DNA of 64,000 bases from Candidatus Sulfomarinibacteraceae bacterium. GTDB lineage: Bacteria > Acidobacteriota > Thermoanaerobaculia > Thermoanaerobaculales > Sulfomarinibacteraceae. Position 1 is the stretch's first letter. Each line of letters begins with the position of its first letter. Below are positions 18,938 through 28,204 of the stretch, one piece after another. The notes below the pieces were generated by a model. The model was not told where the DNA came from. It saw only the letters and a list, made by a program, of their open reading frames with translations, and did no database searches. Both the position numbers and the translations under genes were made by a program. Location of the stretch: the NCBI GenBank assembly GCA_963796455.1, contig CAWCLO010000003.1, forward strand, positions 307,574 to 371,573, in the 5' to 3' direction.

Positions 18938-19232
18938 GGATTTCGGATTTCGGAGTTCGGAATTTCGAATTCTCCTCGCCAGAAATTCGGATGGCGTCGC
19001 TCCCCTGCCCCTCTTTCCCCCATCTTTCCTGCTCCCTTTCCCCCTTTCCCCCTTTCTCCCTTTCTCCCTTTCTCCCTTTCAGGAACGGTATCCACAGCAG
19101 CCGTTCGATAGCGATAGCGATCCCGATAGCGATAGCGATGGGACCTCTGCCCCTCTGCTCCTCCGCAATGTGGGCTACGGTTCTCCCTTTCCCCCTTTCT
19201 CCCTTTCTCCTCTGCCCCTCAGCCCCTCCGCA
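18938..19232. repeat. Mosaic of short tandem repeats (GGATTTC, CCCTTTCT, GATAGC, CCCCTCTG)
   Basis: Directly visible arrays in non-coding gap. Confidence 0.8.
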
Positions 19233-19290
19233 ATGTGGATGAAACAATTCACCACCCCCTCCGTGTTGACTGGTATGGAGGCACTCACCC

Positions 19291-20001
19291 ATGCACGGAC
19301 CCGACCCGAACGACCAGATCGTGACGCCGCCGCCGGACACGCTCGATGTCCCGGACGTCATACCCATCTTTCCGCTGCCGCGAGTGGTGCTCCTCCAAGG
19401 TGAAGTTCTGCCACTCCATGTTTTTGAGCCGCGATATGTGGAGATGGTCCGCGACGCCATCGCGACCCACCGGGTGATCGGGATCGTGGAAGTCGTGCCC
19501 GGACACGAAGCTGATCTCCCCGGCTCACCTCCGGTCAGAGATTACGGCTGTGTCGGTTTTATCGCCTCCTACGAAGAGCTGCCGGACGGTAGGTTTCTGA
19601 TGTGGTTGATCGGGCTCGAGAGGTTTCAGATCGAAACGGAAATCGAAGCGGAGACCCTTTATCGTCAGGTACGGGTTCATTATCAACCTATAGTCGAATC
19701 ACCCAAACGACTGGCCGGAATCAGGGCTCTGCGACAGGAGTTGCGAGAACTCCTGCCGGGACTGGTGGATCTGGAAGACTCCGCCCGCACCCAGTTCGAA
19801 AACCACATGGACGAGATCTCGGATTCTCAGCTCATTGCCCTGGCCACCCAGATCCTCGAGATATCGAGCGATCGGAAACAGGAACTCCTCGAGGCAGAGA
19901 CTCTCAGCGACCGGTTCTTGATGGTCTACGAAGACCTCTACCGCCACCTCGACCTCAACCCGGAGGGAGTTGACGAGGTGCAACCTGAGGAGTTGAACTG
20001 A
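19291..20001 (+). CDS. Lon protease N-terminal substrate-binding domain protein
   Basis: IPIFPLPRVVLLQGEVLPLHVFEPRYVEMV, LPDGRF. Confidence 0.9.
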   Translation: MHGPDPNDQIVTPPPDTLDVPDVIPIFPLPRVVLLQGEVLPLHVFEPRYVEMVRDAIATHRVIGIVEVVPGHEADLPGSPPVRDYGCVGFIASYEELPDGRFLMWLIGLERFQIETEIEAETLYRQVRVHYQPIVESPKRLAGIRALRQELRELLPGLVDLEDSARTQFENHMDEISDSQLIALATQILEISSDRKQELLEAETLSDRFLMVYEDLYRHLDLNPEGVDEVQPEELN

Positions 20002-20005
20002 GGGC

Positions 20006-20157
20006 ATTTCGGATTTCGGATTTCGGATTTCGGATTTTTCGGGCGGGCAACTTGTCCCCTCACAGAGAACATATTCGTTTTTGGTGTCGGAACCGCTCTC
20101 ACTATCGGGGGGAACCGAGACGTGACCGGCGTTCGATAGCGATCCCGATAGCGATTG
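20006..20157. repeat. (ATTTCGG)n heptamer array and GATAGC hexamers
   Basis: Four-plus tandem ATTTCGG at 20006-20037; GATAGCGATCCCGATAGCGAT at ~20135-20155. Confidence 0.8.
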
Positions 20158-20200
20158 TTCTGAGGACCACGGTGGTATTCTCACTCCATGGAGGTAGGTC

Positions 20201-21925
20201 ATGAGTGAGGGCGAGGTCAACACAGCTGCCCGCGAAGATCTCGACCGTTGGCGTGCCGATGCGGCCGCCAACAACTATGCCGGAGACACCTTCGTGCGCC
20301 GCCTGCTCCACCGTCACGTCGGCTCGCGCTGGGCGGAAGTCGACAGTTTGATGCGCGCGGTGGCCGAGCTGTCCGGCCCGAATCTCGACGACCACGTGCG
20401 AGTGGCGGCTCTCGACGAGAATCTGCCGCGTCTGCAGGCGTTCGACGACCTTGGCCGAAGGACCGAAGAAATCGTCTTCCACCCCGCCCATCACGAGGCC
20501 GGCCGGATTTTCTGGTCGAGCGGCGTTCTGGCATCCCTGGCCGAACCCGGCAACGAAGTGGCTGCGGGCGGCGTCAGCTATCTGCTCGATCAAAACGGCG
20601 AGGCGGGTCACGCCTGCCCGGTGGCGTGTACCGCCGGGGCGATCAAGCTCCTGCAACGGGTCGGCACCGAGGAACAGAAGGATCGCTACCTCCACCGTTT
20701 GTTGAGCTCCAACTACGACCAGCGGCTGCACGCCTCCCAGTTCGTCACGGAGCTCCAGGGCGGCTCGGACGTGGGCGCCAACGCGTGCCGTGCGGCGCCG
20801 GACCCGGATCACACGGGGTGGTACCGGATCACCGGTGAAAAATGGTTCTGCTCGGTGGCGGATGCCGGTCTTTTTGTGGTCAGTGCGCGGATTGACGGCG
20901 CGCCGTCGGGAACAACCGGGCTCGGTCTCTTTCTCGTACCGCGACACATCGACGGCAAGATCAACAACTTCCGATTGCGGCGCCTCAAAGACAAACTCGG
21001 GACCCGTTCCATGCCAACCGCCGAGATCGAGTTCAATGGAGCCCGCGGCGAGTCCATCGGCCGACTCGATCACGGATTCAAGAACCTGGTGGGCATCGTC
21101 CTGGACACTTCGAGAGCCCACAACGCGGTTGCAGCCTGCGGCATCATGCGCCGCGCCCTGCGTGAGGGACAGGCTTTTGCCCGCAACCGGCGCGCGTTCA
21201 GCCAGATCATCGCCGAATACCCCTCCGCTCAGGAGATCATCGCCCGCATGAGACTCCGCACGATGGCCGCCCTGAGCACCACCTTTCGCATTCTTTCGCT
21301 CAGCGATCTCATTGATATGGGGGGCGCCTCGGCCGAGATGGTCCAGGCCCGCCGCATCTCGGTGATGATGAACAAATACTGGACCTCGACGGCCTGCACC
21401 GAGACCGTCCGAGATGCTATCGAGCTTCTCGGTGGCAACGGGACGATCGAGGACTTCTCGGTCCTACCGCGTCTCTACCGGGACGCCATCGTGATCGAAA
21501 GCTGGGAGGGAACGCACAACGCGTTGTGCGCCCAGATTCTGCGTGATTTCTCGACACGACGATTGCACCTGCCGTGGATCCAGCACATGAGGTCGGAGAT
21601 CGCTCTCATCGACCACCTCGAGCTCGAGGAGGATGCCGACCGTGCCCGCCGGCTGCTCAGCGAGGCGGAGGACAGGATCTCGCGTCTGATCTCGGGAAAA
21701 GAACTGGCGGCCACCGCTCACATCCGGCACGTGGTGGATCATCTTTGCCGGCTCACCGACTGGGTGGCCCTTGCCGGACAGCTTCAGTGGGAGAAAACCT
21801 GGGGGGTGGAGTCCGACACCGCGGATGCTCTGGAACTCTACCGGTTGCTCGATCTCGACGGGGCCGACCCCCAGGACACGCCCGCCCTGGTCGAACTCAA
21901 CCGCAAACTGAGCGAGTCGATCTAG
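20201..21925 (+). CDS. Acyl-CoA dehydrogenase family protein (AidB-like)
   Basis: TELQGGSDV, ITGEKWFCS, RLKDKLGTRSMPTAEIEF, LGGNG, SWEGTHN. Confidence 0.9.
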   Translation: MSEGEVNTAAREDLDRWRADAAANNYAGDTFVRRLLHRHVGSRWAEVDSLMRAVAELSGPNLDDHVRVAALDENLPRLQAFDDLGRRTEEIVFHPAHHEAGRIFWSSGVLASLAEPGNEVAAGGVSYLLDQNGEAGHACPVACTAGAIKLLQRVGTEEQKDRYLHRLLSSNYDQRLHASQFVTELQGGSDVGANACRAAPDPDHTGWYRITGEKWFCSVADAGLFVVSARIDGAPSGTTGLGLFLVPRHIDGKINNFRLRRLKDKLGTRSMPTAEIEFNGARGESIGRLDHGFKNLVGIVLDTSRAHNAVAACGIMRRALREGQAFARNRRAFSQIIAEYPSAQEIIARMRLRTMAALSTTFRILSLSDLIDMGGASAEMVQARRISVMMNKYWTSTACTETVRDAIELLGGNGTIEDFSVLPRLYRDAIVIESWEGTHNALCAQILRDFSTRRLHLPWIQHMRSEIALIDHLELEEDADRARRLLSEAEDRISRLISGKELAATAHIRHVVDHLCRLTDWVALAGQLQWEKTWGVESDTADALELYRLLDLDGADPQDTPALVELNRKLSESI

Positions 21926-22040
21926 GCCGTACGCGCGCTGGATGCTGGATGCTGGAAGATCATCGATTGGCCCCGACCGATGTCAAGAATATTTCTGAAA
22001 TCTTGATGATCTGCCGATCGCAGCGGTTGAGGAAAAAGTC

Positions 22041-22068
22041 CTGAAGGTGGGCCAAGGCCCACCTTCAG
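22041..22068. repeat. Perfect 13-bp hairpin (REP-like or terminator)
   Basis: CTGAAGGTGGGCC-AA-GGCCCACCTTCAG. Confidence 0.6.
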
Positions 22069-22086
22069 AGTCGTTTCCAACATCCT

Positions 22087-22465
22087 GGATCACTCGTGCC
22101 CAGGTGCGAGTTTCGGACAACGCTCAGGGACAGCGACGGGGAACGGCAGACAGCATCAGCAAACAGGAGTCAGCGGCAGCGTTCAGTGTTCAGGTTCAGC
22201 GGCCGGGACAGTGAACAGCACTCATTCCTTCGGGGCTCCGGCCTTGGTGGTGCGGCCGTCTCGGCCGCACGGTGTGCAGGCGAGACGCCTACACCACAAC
22301 GGCTTTTCCTTATGTTGAAAGACCCCGAGGTGGCCACATCGTCGCCTGTACTCCTGATCGCTGCCGCTGCTCTCCGTCGCTGTTGTCTGTCGCTGCCGCC
22401 GACTCCTGTTCACAGGCGCTGTCCTCGGTCGCTGTCTGAGACACTGTCCCGGGCAAGAGTGATCC
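22087..22465 (-). mobile_element. Gene-less MITE-like derivative with TIRs, containing hairpin 5' arm and REP doublet
   Basis: TIRs GGATCACTCGTGCCCAGG (22087-22104) and CCCGGGCAAGAGTGATCC (22448-22465); arm 22317-22337; REP 22247-22297; CAGCGN/GCTGTC arms. Confidence 0.7.
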
Positions 22466-22617
22466 TGCATCCTGCATCACTCTTGTCCAAGACAGGTTCT
22501 CGGCTAGCGATCAGGGGCGGCGACAGCGATCAGCGTCAGGGACAGGGAACAGCAATCAGTGTTCAGCGTCAGCGAACAGGAGTCAGCGTCACGTTAGACT
22601 GGCATGGGGCCCTGAAA

Positions 22618-22971
22618 TCAAGACTTCGGGTTGAGCAATCTCCAAGTCATTGCACGCACCTGATCAAAGGCCTTCATCGCGTCACTGGCTCTGTTCGGGC
22701 TGATCGCCCCGGCGTGAGCGAGAAGCTGCAAGTGGCTGTCGACCTCTTTCGCCGAGGCGTAGGCGATTCTCCAGGGGTTCGACCGGTCTCTACCGACTCG
22801 GCCGTGCCCTTCTGCCAGATTCGCAGGGACCGAACTTGCCGAACGGATCACCTGATCGGCTATCGACTTCAGAGGAGCTGGAACCCTCATCACGAGCTTG
22901 ATCGCGATTCCTGCGGCTTCGAGTGCTTTCGAGTGGGCAACGAGGTTGGTGTTCGTGGCGGCTTTGGACAT
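22618..22971 (-). CDS. Four helix bundle protein (23S rRNA IVP/Avd-like), copy 1
   Basis: DQVIRSASSVPANLAEGHGR...AYASAKEV motif; GGAGG RBS before ATG 22971. Confidence 0.9.
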   Translation of the reverse strand: MSKAATNTNLVAHSKALEAAGIAIKLVMRVPAPLKSIADQVIRSASSVPANLAEGHGRVGRDRSNPWRIAYASAKEVDSHLQLLAHAGAISPNRASDAMKAFDQVRAMTWRLLNPKS

Positions 22972-23109
22972 GGTCACCTCCGGGTCGTTCATGCCCCTAC
23001 CCACAAGCCGGTGTGGCGGCCGATGTCAAGGATGCCCTGCACCCTGCCTGTCCTTGACATCGGCCGCCCACCGGCTACCCCTTCCTTTGAACGACCCGGA
23101 GGTGGCCAT
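22970..23109 (-). promoter_or_regulatory. Conserved nested hairpin leader occluding RBS/ATG, copy 1
   Basis: Outer 21-nt stem, middle AGCCGGTG/CACCGGCT, inner GGCCGATGTCAAGGA/TCCTTGACATCGGCC. Confidence 0.75.
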
Positions 23110-23416
23110 TTCGCCACATGAACTCAAGACTGCTGCCGCTGCCCGCCGTCGCTGACCACTGACCGCTGTCCCTGTTCGCTGTTGCCTGTCGCTGCCAACT
23201 GTCGCTGCCGCTGTAATTCGGACGCGGACGCGGACACGGGCAGCCGCGAACCGGATATGCCAACAACCAACCCGTAAACCACGTGTTGTCAGGTGGGTAA
23301 CATCACGTGACAATCTGTTTTGGACAGCAGTGATCCTGCATCCTGCATCCAGCATCCAGCATCAAAAAACGCGGACCGAAGCCCGCGTTTTTCGAGGATT
23401 GAGGTCGTTCGATAAA

Positions 23417-23611
23417 CTAAAAAACGCCGGCCTCGGAGGTCGGCGATGTTTCGTAGGGCGGCTCCGCCTCGGTGGTAAGACTCACGATGGCCAGACCAAA
23501 TGCGAGGACCAGGGCCGCGGCAACGATCGGAATCAGGAACTGGGTCCAACCGGACCCGCTGTCCGTCCCACTTCCCAAACCGCCGGTAGCTTCCGCTTCG
23601 ATCTCGGTCAT
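23417..23611 (-). CDS. Small single-pass membrane protein
   Basis: AGGAGG upstream; one hydrophobic helix FLIPIVAAALVLAFGLAIVSL. Confidence 0.5.
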   Translation of the reverse strand: MTEIEAEATGGLGSGTDSGSGWTQFLIPIVAAALVLAFGLAIVSLTTEAEPPYETSPTSEAGVF

Positions 23612-23701
23612 TTCAGAGCCCCTTCCTCCTAAATATATGACGCCGCAGCCCCCTGAAAAGTTGCAGGCGGGCCGAAATTCGGCCCACCTGCGGCGAAAAA
23701 C

Positions 23702-24169
23702 CTATTTCGAAGCCATCTTGTACTCGGGGTGATTGGATTTCATGTGCTTGGCGATCCACTCGGCCTGCATATCCTTGGGGACATTCGAAAGGGTGGCATC
23801 GATCTTCATTTTGCCGCCCTGCCGCAGAACCACGTACTGGACTTCAGATCCCGGTTCGAGCTTTGAATAGACCTTTTTGAGCTCCGCCTTGTTGTCCTTC
23901 GAGTACTTGACGCCGTCCATGGCGAGCATGACGTCGCCCTTTTCAAAACCGGCTTTCTGGGCCGGGCTTTTGGCGACGACCTTGGAAACCACCCAACGCC
24001 CTTTCTCGTCGGTGTCGTATTCGATCCCGAGCCAGGCCTTCTCTGCGTACTTGGTCTTCATATACTTGGCGCAGTCTTCGGCGTTGCCATCACACTTCTT
24101 CTTGTCTCCGGCAACCGCCGGCACGGCGAAGATCGACACCACCAACAGAATCGCGAGCAGCTTCTTCAT
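23702..24169 (-). CDS. Secreted PDZ-domain protein
   Basis: Signal peptide MKKLLAILLVVSIFAVPAVA; WLGIEY, SPAQKAGFEKGDVMLAMDG. Confidence 0.9.
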   Translation of the reverse strand: MKKLLAILLVVSIFAVPAVAGDKKKCDGNAEDCAKYMKTKYAEKAWLGIEYDTDEKGRWVVSKVVAKSPAQKAGFEKGDVMLAMDGVKYSKDNKAELKKVYSKLEPGSEVQYVVLRQGGKMKIDATLSNVPKDMQAEWIAKHMKSNHPEYKMASK

Positions 24170-24446
24170 TCCCTGACCTCCCGGATTTGTGGATCGGCTA
24201 CCGGCGGCTGCAAACAGCGGCGCGGCATCCGATCCGGGTTGATGAGATCCGCAATCGTCGGTTCGATCGACGAACCGCGTCGTGGATGGGGTGGGTATCT
24301 GTTCGATCATGGCTACCAAGATGCTCCTGACAGATGTGAATGTCCTCACCTTTCCGTCAGAAGCTGTGAAAGGTGTTACCGAGTTGCAAAACCCCGCCAC
24401 GAAAGCCCGTCCGTGCGCTATATTGCAGGCTGAGAGGAGTTCACGA

Positions 24447-26129
24447 GTGTCCTTCTTCGAGAATCACAACGGACCCGGCAACGGAGTTTCAAACTCCGAA
24501 CTCAAGGCGGTCGAGCACAACGTGCTCGGCGGGCGCCGTGTGCTCTGGGCCGGAATTTTGGCGGTGCTGCTTCCCCTGACCATCCTGCTCGGGCTGCAAT
24601 ACCTGTGGCTCACCGATCTCGAACGCAATTCGGCCATCGCCCGCAAGGCGACGCTCAACAACTTCCTCGAGGCCATCACCAAGGACATCCACTACTACTA
24701 CTGGAAGATTTCCGAGCGCGCCCTCAACCTGCCGCCCGAGATCTTTGTTGAAAAAAAGATCGACTACGCGGCATCGTATTTCAAGAAAAAGGAGATCAAG
24801 GGCGCCAAGCGCTTCTTCGTCGTGAGCTACACGACCCGGGACGAGATCCTCTTTTACAACCCGAAGAAACAAAAAATGGAAGTGCCGGACCACTCCGATG
24901 AAACGCTCGCGGTGTGGGCGGCGGCGGCGCCATGGCGATATATGCGAAAAAAGAGCGCCAAGCTCGAAACCACCACTTTGAGCGCCGACTTTCACGATCC
25001 CAACAACAGGATCATTCTCCTTCCGATCACCGATGAGGACTCCAAGCTCGTGGGGTTGGCAGGATTCATCGTCGATCAGGAGTATTTCAAAAAGGTCGTG
25101 CTCCCCGAGGCCATCGAAAAATCTCTGCCCAAGTTCGAAGACGGCGAAAAGGTCAAGCTGCAGGTAATCGTTCGCGACAACCAGAGCCAGCAGGTCCTGC
25201 CCAGGGGCATCCCGACCAACCCGAAGAAAAACCTGACCAAACGTTCCTTTGCTTTTGTCTTCACCGATTGGACCATCAGCCTCCAGGGTGACTTTGCCTC
25301 GCCTGAAAAGTGGGCAAAAGCCAACTTCGCCTACAACATGACGCTCTCTGCAATTCTCGCTGCGGTGCTCCTCGGCGGCATCGCACTCACCGTCCGGACC
25401 GCGCTCCGCGAAATGAAGCTCTCAGCGATGAAGAACGAGTTTGTTTCGAACGTGTCGCACGAGCTCCGGACTCCCTTGTCGTCCATCCGGGTCTTTGGCG
25501 AGTTCATGCGCCGCGGCCGGGTCGAGGACCAGGCCAAGGTCCGGGAGTACGGTTCTTACATCGAAACCGAAAGCCGTCGCCTGACCCAGTTGATCAACAA
25601 TATTCTCGATTTCTCGCGCATCGAATCAGGTCGCAAGGTCTACACCTTCGAAGCAACCGATATCGAGGAGATTCTGGCCGGCACGCTCGCGACCTATACC
25701 ATCCGCCTTCGGGACAAGGGCTTCGAGGTCGAATACACCGGTCCCGACGAGCCGCTGCCCGAGATCTCGGTCGACGGGAACGCCATCGACCGCGCGGTCG
25801 CCAATCTACTCGACAACGCTGTGAAATACTCCAACGGCGACCGCTGGATCGGTGTCGAGCTCGCTTCAAGCGGCGACGAGGTGCTGATTTCGGTCGCCGA
25901 CCATGGAATCGGTATTCCTCGAGACGAGACCGAGAGAATCTTCGAACGCTTCCACCGCGTCAGCACCGGTCTCGTCCACGACGTCAAGGGGTCGGGGCTC
26001 GGTCTTTCGCTGGTCCGGCACATCGCCGAATCCCACGGCGGATCGGTGACCGTCGACAGCGTTGTGGGCGAGGGAAGCACGTTTACCATCCACCTGCCGA
26101 TTGAAGGCGCGACTGGAGAGGGCGCATGA
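24447..26129 (+). CDS. Membrane sensor histidine kinase
   Basis: Two TM helices; [35 protein letters not shown]; start GTG 24447 after GAGGAG (uncertain). Confidence 0.95.
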   Translation: MSFFENHNGPGNGVSNSELKAVEHNVLGGRRVLWAGILAVLLPLTILLGLQYLWLTDLERNSAIARKATLNNFLEAITKDIHYYYWKISERALNLPPEIFVEKKIDYAASYFKKKEIKGAKRFFVVSYTTRDEILFYNPKKQKMEVPDHSDETLAVWAAAAPWRYMRKKSAKLETTTLSADFHDPNNRIILLPITDEDSKLVGLAGFIVDQEYFKKVVLPEAIEKSLPKFEDGEKVKLQVIVRDNQSQQVLPRGIPTNPKKNLTKRSFAFVFTDWTISLQGDFASPEKWAKANFAYNMTLSAILAAVLLGGIALTVRTALREMKLSAMKNEFVSNVSHELRTPLSSIRVFGEFMRRGRVEDQAKVREYGSYIETESRRLTQLINNILDFSRIESGRKVYTFEATDIEEILAGTLATYTIRLRDKGFEVEYTGPDEPLPEISVDGNAIDRAVANLLDNAVKYSNGDRWIGVELASSGDEVLISVADHGIGIPRDETERIFERFHRVSTGLVHDVKGSGLGLSLVRHIAESHGGSVTVDSVVGEGSTFTIHLPIEGATGEGA

Positions 26130-26809
26130 GCAAGGTCCTGGTTGTCGAAGACGACGAGGCGATGGCAGTCGCCCTCCGCGACGGCTTCACCTATGAAGGT
26201 CACGATGTGACCCTGGCGCGTGATGGCGAGGAGGGGCTGCGGCTCGCGCGTGAGGACGGGCCGGAGATCATGATCCTCGATGTCATGCTGCCGAAAATGA
26301 CCGGTCTCGAAGTCTGCAAGCTCCTCCGCGGCGAAGGTTCGAACCTACCGATCATCATGCTCACCGCGCGCGGCCAGGAAATCGACAAGGTCCTGGGGCT
26401 CAAACTCGGGGCGGACGATTATGTGACCAAGCCTTTCAGCTTCATGGAACTGATGGCCCGGGTCGAAGCCGTGTTGCGGCGCAGCAAACCCGGCGGTGGA
26501 TGCCAATCCGCAATCCACGAGTTCGGCGACCTCACCGTCAACCTCGAGTGTCACGAGGCCAGCAAGGCCGGTGAAGCCATCGCTCTCACACCCCGCGAGT
26601 TCCGGCTCCTCGGGTTCTTCCTCGCTCACCCCGGCGAGGTCGTGTCCCGCGAAGAGTTGTTGGATGCGGTGTGGGGATACGACACCATCCCATTCACCCG
26701 CACAGTCGACACTCACATCGCCAAGCTGCGCAAAAAAATCGAGGATGACCCGTCGGATCCGCAGCACATCATCACCGTGCATCGCCTGGGATATAAGTTC
26801 GTAGGCTGA
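26126..26809 (+). CDS. OmpR/PhoB-family response regulator
   Basis: [35 protein letters not shown]. Confidence 0.95.
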   Translation: MSKVLVVEDDEAMAVALRDGFTYEGHDVTLARDGEEGLRLAREDGPEIMILDVMLPKMTGLEVCKLLRGEGSNLPIIMLTARGQEIDKVLGLKLGADDYVTKPFSFMELMARVEAVLRRSKPGGGCQSAIHEFGDLTVNLECHEASKAGEAIALTPREFRLLGFFLAHPGEVVSREELLDAVWGYDTIPFTRTVDTHIAKLRKKIEDDPSDPQHIITVHRLGYKFVG

Positions 26810-26965
26810 CCGGAAACCGCGTCCGCGTCCGCGTCCGTGCCCGAATTGCAGCGGCAGCGACAGTGTCCAGCGTCAGCGACAGGCAACAGCGTCAGGGATC
26901 AGCGGTCGGCGATCAAGGGCTGCGTTCAGTTTCCAGCGGCAGCGGTCAGGAGTACAGGCGGCGCA

Positions 26966-27105
26966 GTGGTCACCTCCGGGTCGTTCGACAGAAGGGGTAG
27001 CCGGTGGGCGGCCGATGTCAAGGACAGGCAGGGTGCAGGGCATCCTTGACATCGGCCACCACACCGGCTTTTGGGAATGGGCATGAACGACCCGGAGGTG
27101 ACCAT
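26966..27105 (+). promoter_or_regulatory. Conserved nested hairpin leader occluding RBS/ATG, copy 2
   Basis: 26966-26986 pairs with 27085-27105; 26999-27006 with 27062-27069; 27010-27024 with 27043-27057. Confidence 0.75.
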
Positions 27106-27457
27106 GTCCTCAGCCGCCACGAACACCGACCTCGTTGCCCACTCCAAAGCCCTCGAAGCAGCAGGCATCGCGATCAAGCTCGTGATGAGGGTTCCAGCTC
27201 CACTGAAGTCCATAGCCGATCAGGTAATCCGGTCGGCAAGTTCGGTCCCTGCGAATCTGGCAGAAGGGCACGGCCGAGTTGGTAGAGACCGGTTGAACCA
27301 CTGGAGAATCGCCTACGCCTCGGCGAAAGAGGTCGACAGCCACTTGAAGCTCCTCGTCCACGCTGGGGCGGTCAACCGGAATGGAGCCGGTGAAGCGATG
27401 AAGGCCTTCGATCAGGTCCGTGCCATGACCTGGCGGCTCTTGAATCCGAAGAATTGA
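27104..27457 (+). CDS. Four helix bundle protein, copy 2
   Basis: Same motif; 117 aa from ATG 27104. Confidence 0.9.
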   Translation: MSSAATNTDLVAHSKALEAAGIAIKLVMRVPAPLKSIADQVIRSASSVPANLAEGHGRVGRDRLNHWRIAYASAKEVDSHLKLLVHAGAVNRNGAGEAMKAFDQVRAMTWRLLNPKN

Positions 27458-27574
27458 GCGCTGTTCGCTGTCGCAGACTTCTGTTAGCTGACCCTGTCCG
27501 CTGTAGCTGTCACTGTCGCTGCCGCTGCCGCTGGACGCTGTCTGAGACCCTGTCTTGACCTCGAGCGACCGAAG

Positions 27575-27741
27575 ACGGAGAAACCGCAGATCACGCAGAT
27601 GAACGCAGAGAGTAGGGCAGGAACGTCGAGCGCCGTCTATTGAAGCTGGAGGGTCTCGAGCGTTTCGCGGAGCACGGGGCTCCGGCCATTGTGGTGCGGC
27701 CGTCCCGGCCGCACGGTGTGCAGGCGAGACGCCTGCACCAC
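27575..27741 (-). repeat. REP doublet (27691-27741) plus ATCTGCG module (27575-27609)
   Basis: Reverse-complement matches to 12510-12576 and 12653-12688. Confidence 0.8.
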
Positions 27742-27911
27742 AAACGCGATGTCCTCCCGAGCGGAGCCGCACAAGGGGCCGCGCAGTTGCACCCACTGGA
27801 CGGGACGTCTTGAGTCTGAATACTTTGCTTGAGTGGGTGGGGTTCGATTCCCGGCTTCCGGCTTCGTCTCCGACTACGCCGTGACAGGTCGCATCCGGCT
27901 ACGCCGCGGCA

Positions 27912-27943
27912 TTTTTTCATTCGGCTATTGCCGAACAAAAAAA
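27912..27943 (-). terminator. Putative terminator after tRNA-Glu
   Basis: TTCGGC-TATT-GCCGAA flanked by T and A runs. Confidence 0.5.
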
Positions 27944-28021
27944 TGGTGACCCCAACGGGATTTGAACCCGTGTTGCCGGCGTGAAAGGCCGGTGTCCTAG
28001 ACCTAGCTAGACGATGGGGTC
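27944..28021 (-). tRNA. tRNA-Glu (TTC)
   Basis: GACCCCATCGTCTAG...CCGGCCTTTCACGCCGG...GGTTCAAATCCCGTTGGGGTCACCA; anticodon TTC, encoded CCA. Confidence 0.97.
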
Positions 28022-28109
28022 ACTTTCGCAACCATGTGAACGGCTGTTCTGGCCGTCCGGGCGGGTATCCTACCGCAAAACTGCGCGTGGGAAAAGCCCA
28101 TGTCCAAAT

Positions 28110-28196
28110 TCGCTCTCGCAATCGGGATCGTCATCCGGCCCCGTTGACTGTCCGAGGTCATTCGATAGCGATACCGATTGCGAGAGCGATAGCGAT
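28110..28196. repeat. Inverted repeat built from GATAGC-type hexamers
   Basis: TCGCTCTCGCAATCGGGATCG (28110-28130) vs CGATACCGATTGCGAGAGCGA (28169-28189). Confidence 0.7.
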
Positions 28197-28204
28197 GCGG
28201 CTGT

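Larger units (their letters stand above)
22476..23334 (-). mobile_element. Four-helix-bundle element copy 1 bounded by imperfect TIRs
   Basis: ATCACTCTTGTCCAAGACAGGTT (22476-22498) vs AATCTGTTTTGGACAGCAGTGAT (23312-23334). Confidence 0.7.
26819..27560 (+). mobile_element. Four-helix-bundle element copy 2
   Basis: (GTCCGY)n-CCGAATTGCAGCGGCAGCGACAGT left arm shared with copies 1 and 3; GCTGTC right arm ending CTGAGACCCTGTCTTG (partial TIR). Confidence 0.7.

Noticed and set aside
22096..23121. 341-aa plus-strand ORF and similar ORFs over repeats (12915-13211, 18640-19460, 27110-27796)
   Set aside because: Low-complexity translations of repeat tracts or antisense to real genes
22476..23334. Classical IS element
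   Set aside because: No DDE, HUH, serine or tyrosine recombinase ORF inside; no clear target duplication identified
27071..27103. N-terminal extension MGMGMNDPEVT of the four-helix proteins
   Set aside because: It is the 3' arm of the hairpin; the GGAGG SD points to the downstream ATG
27836..27856. GGTTCGATTCCC T-loop-like sequence as a second tRNA
   Set aside because: No acceptor, D or anticodon stems could be formed
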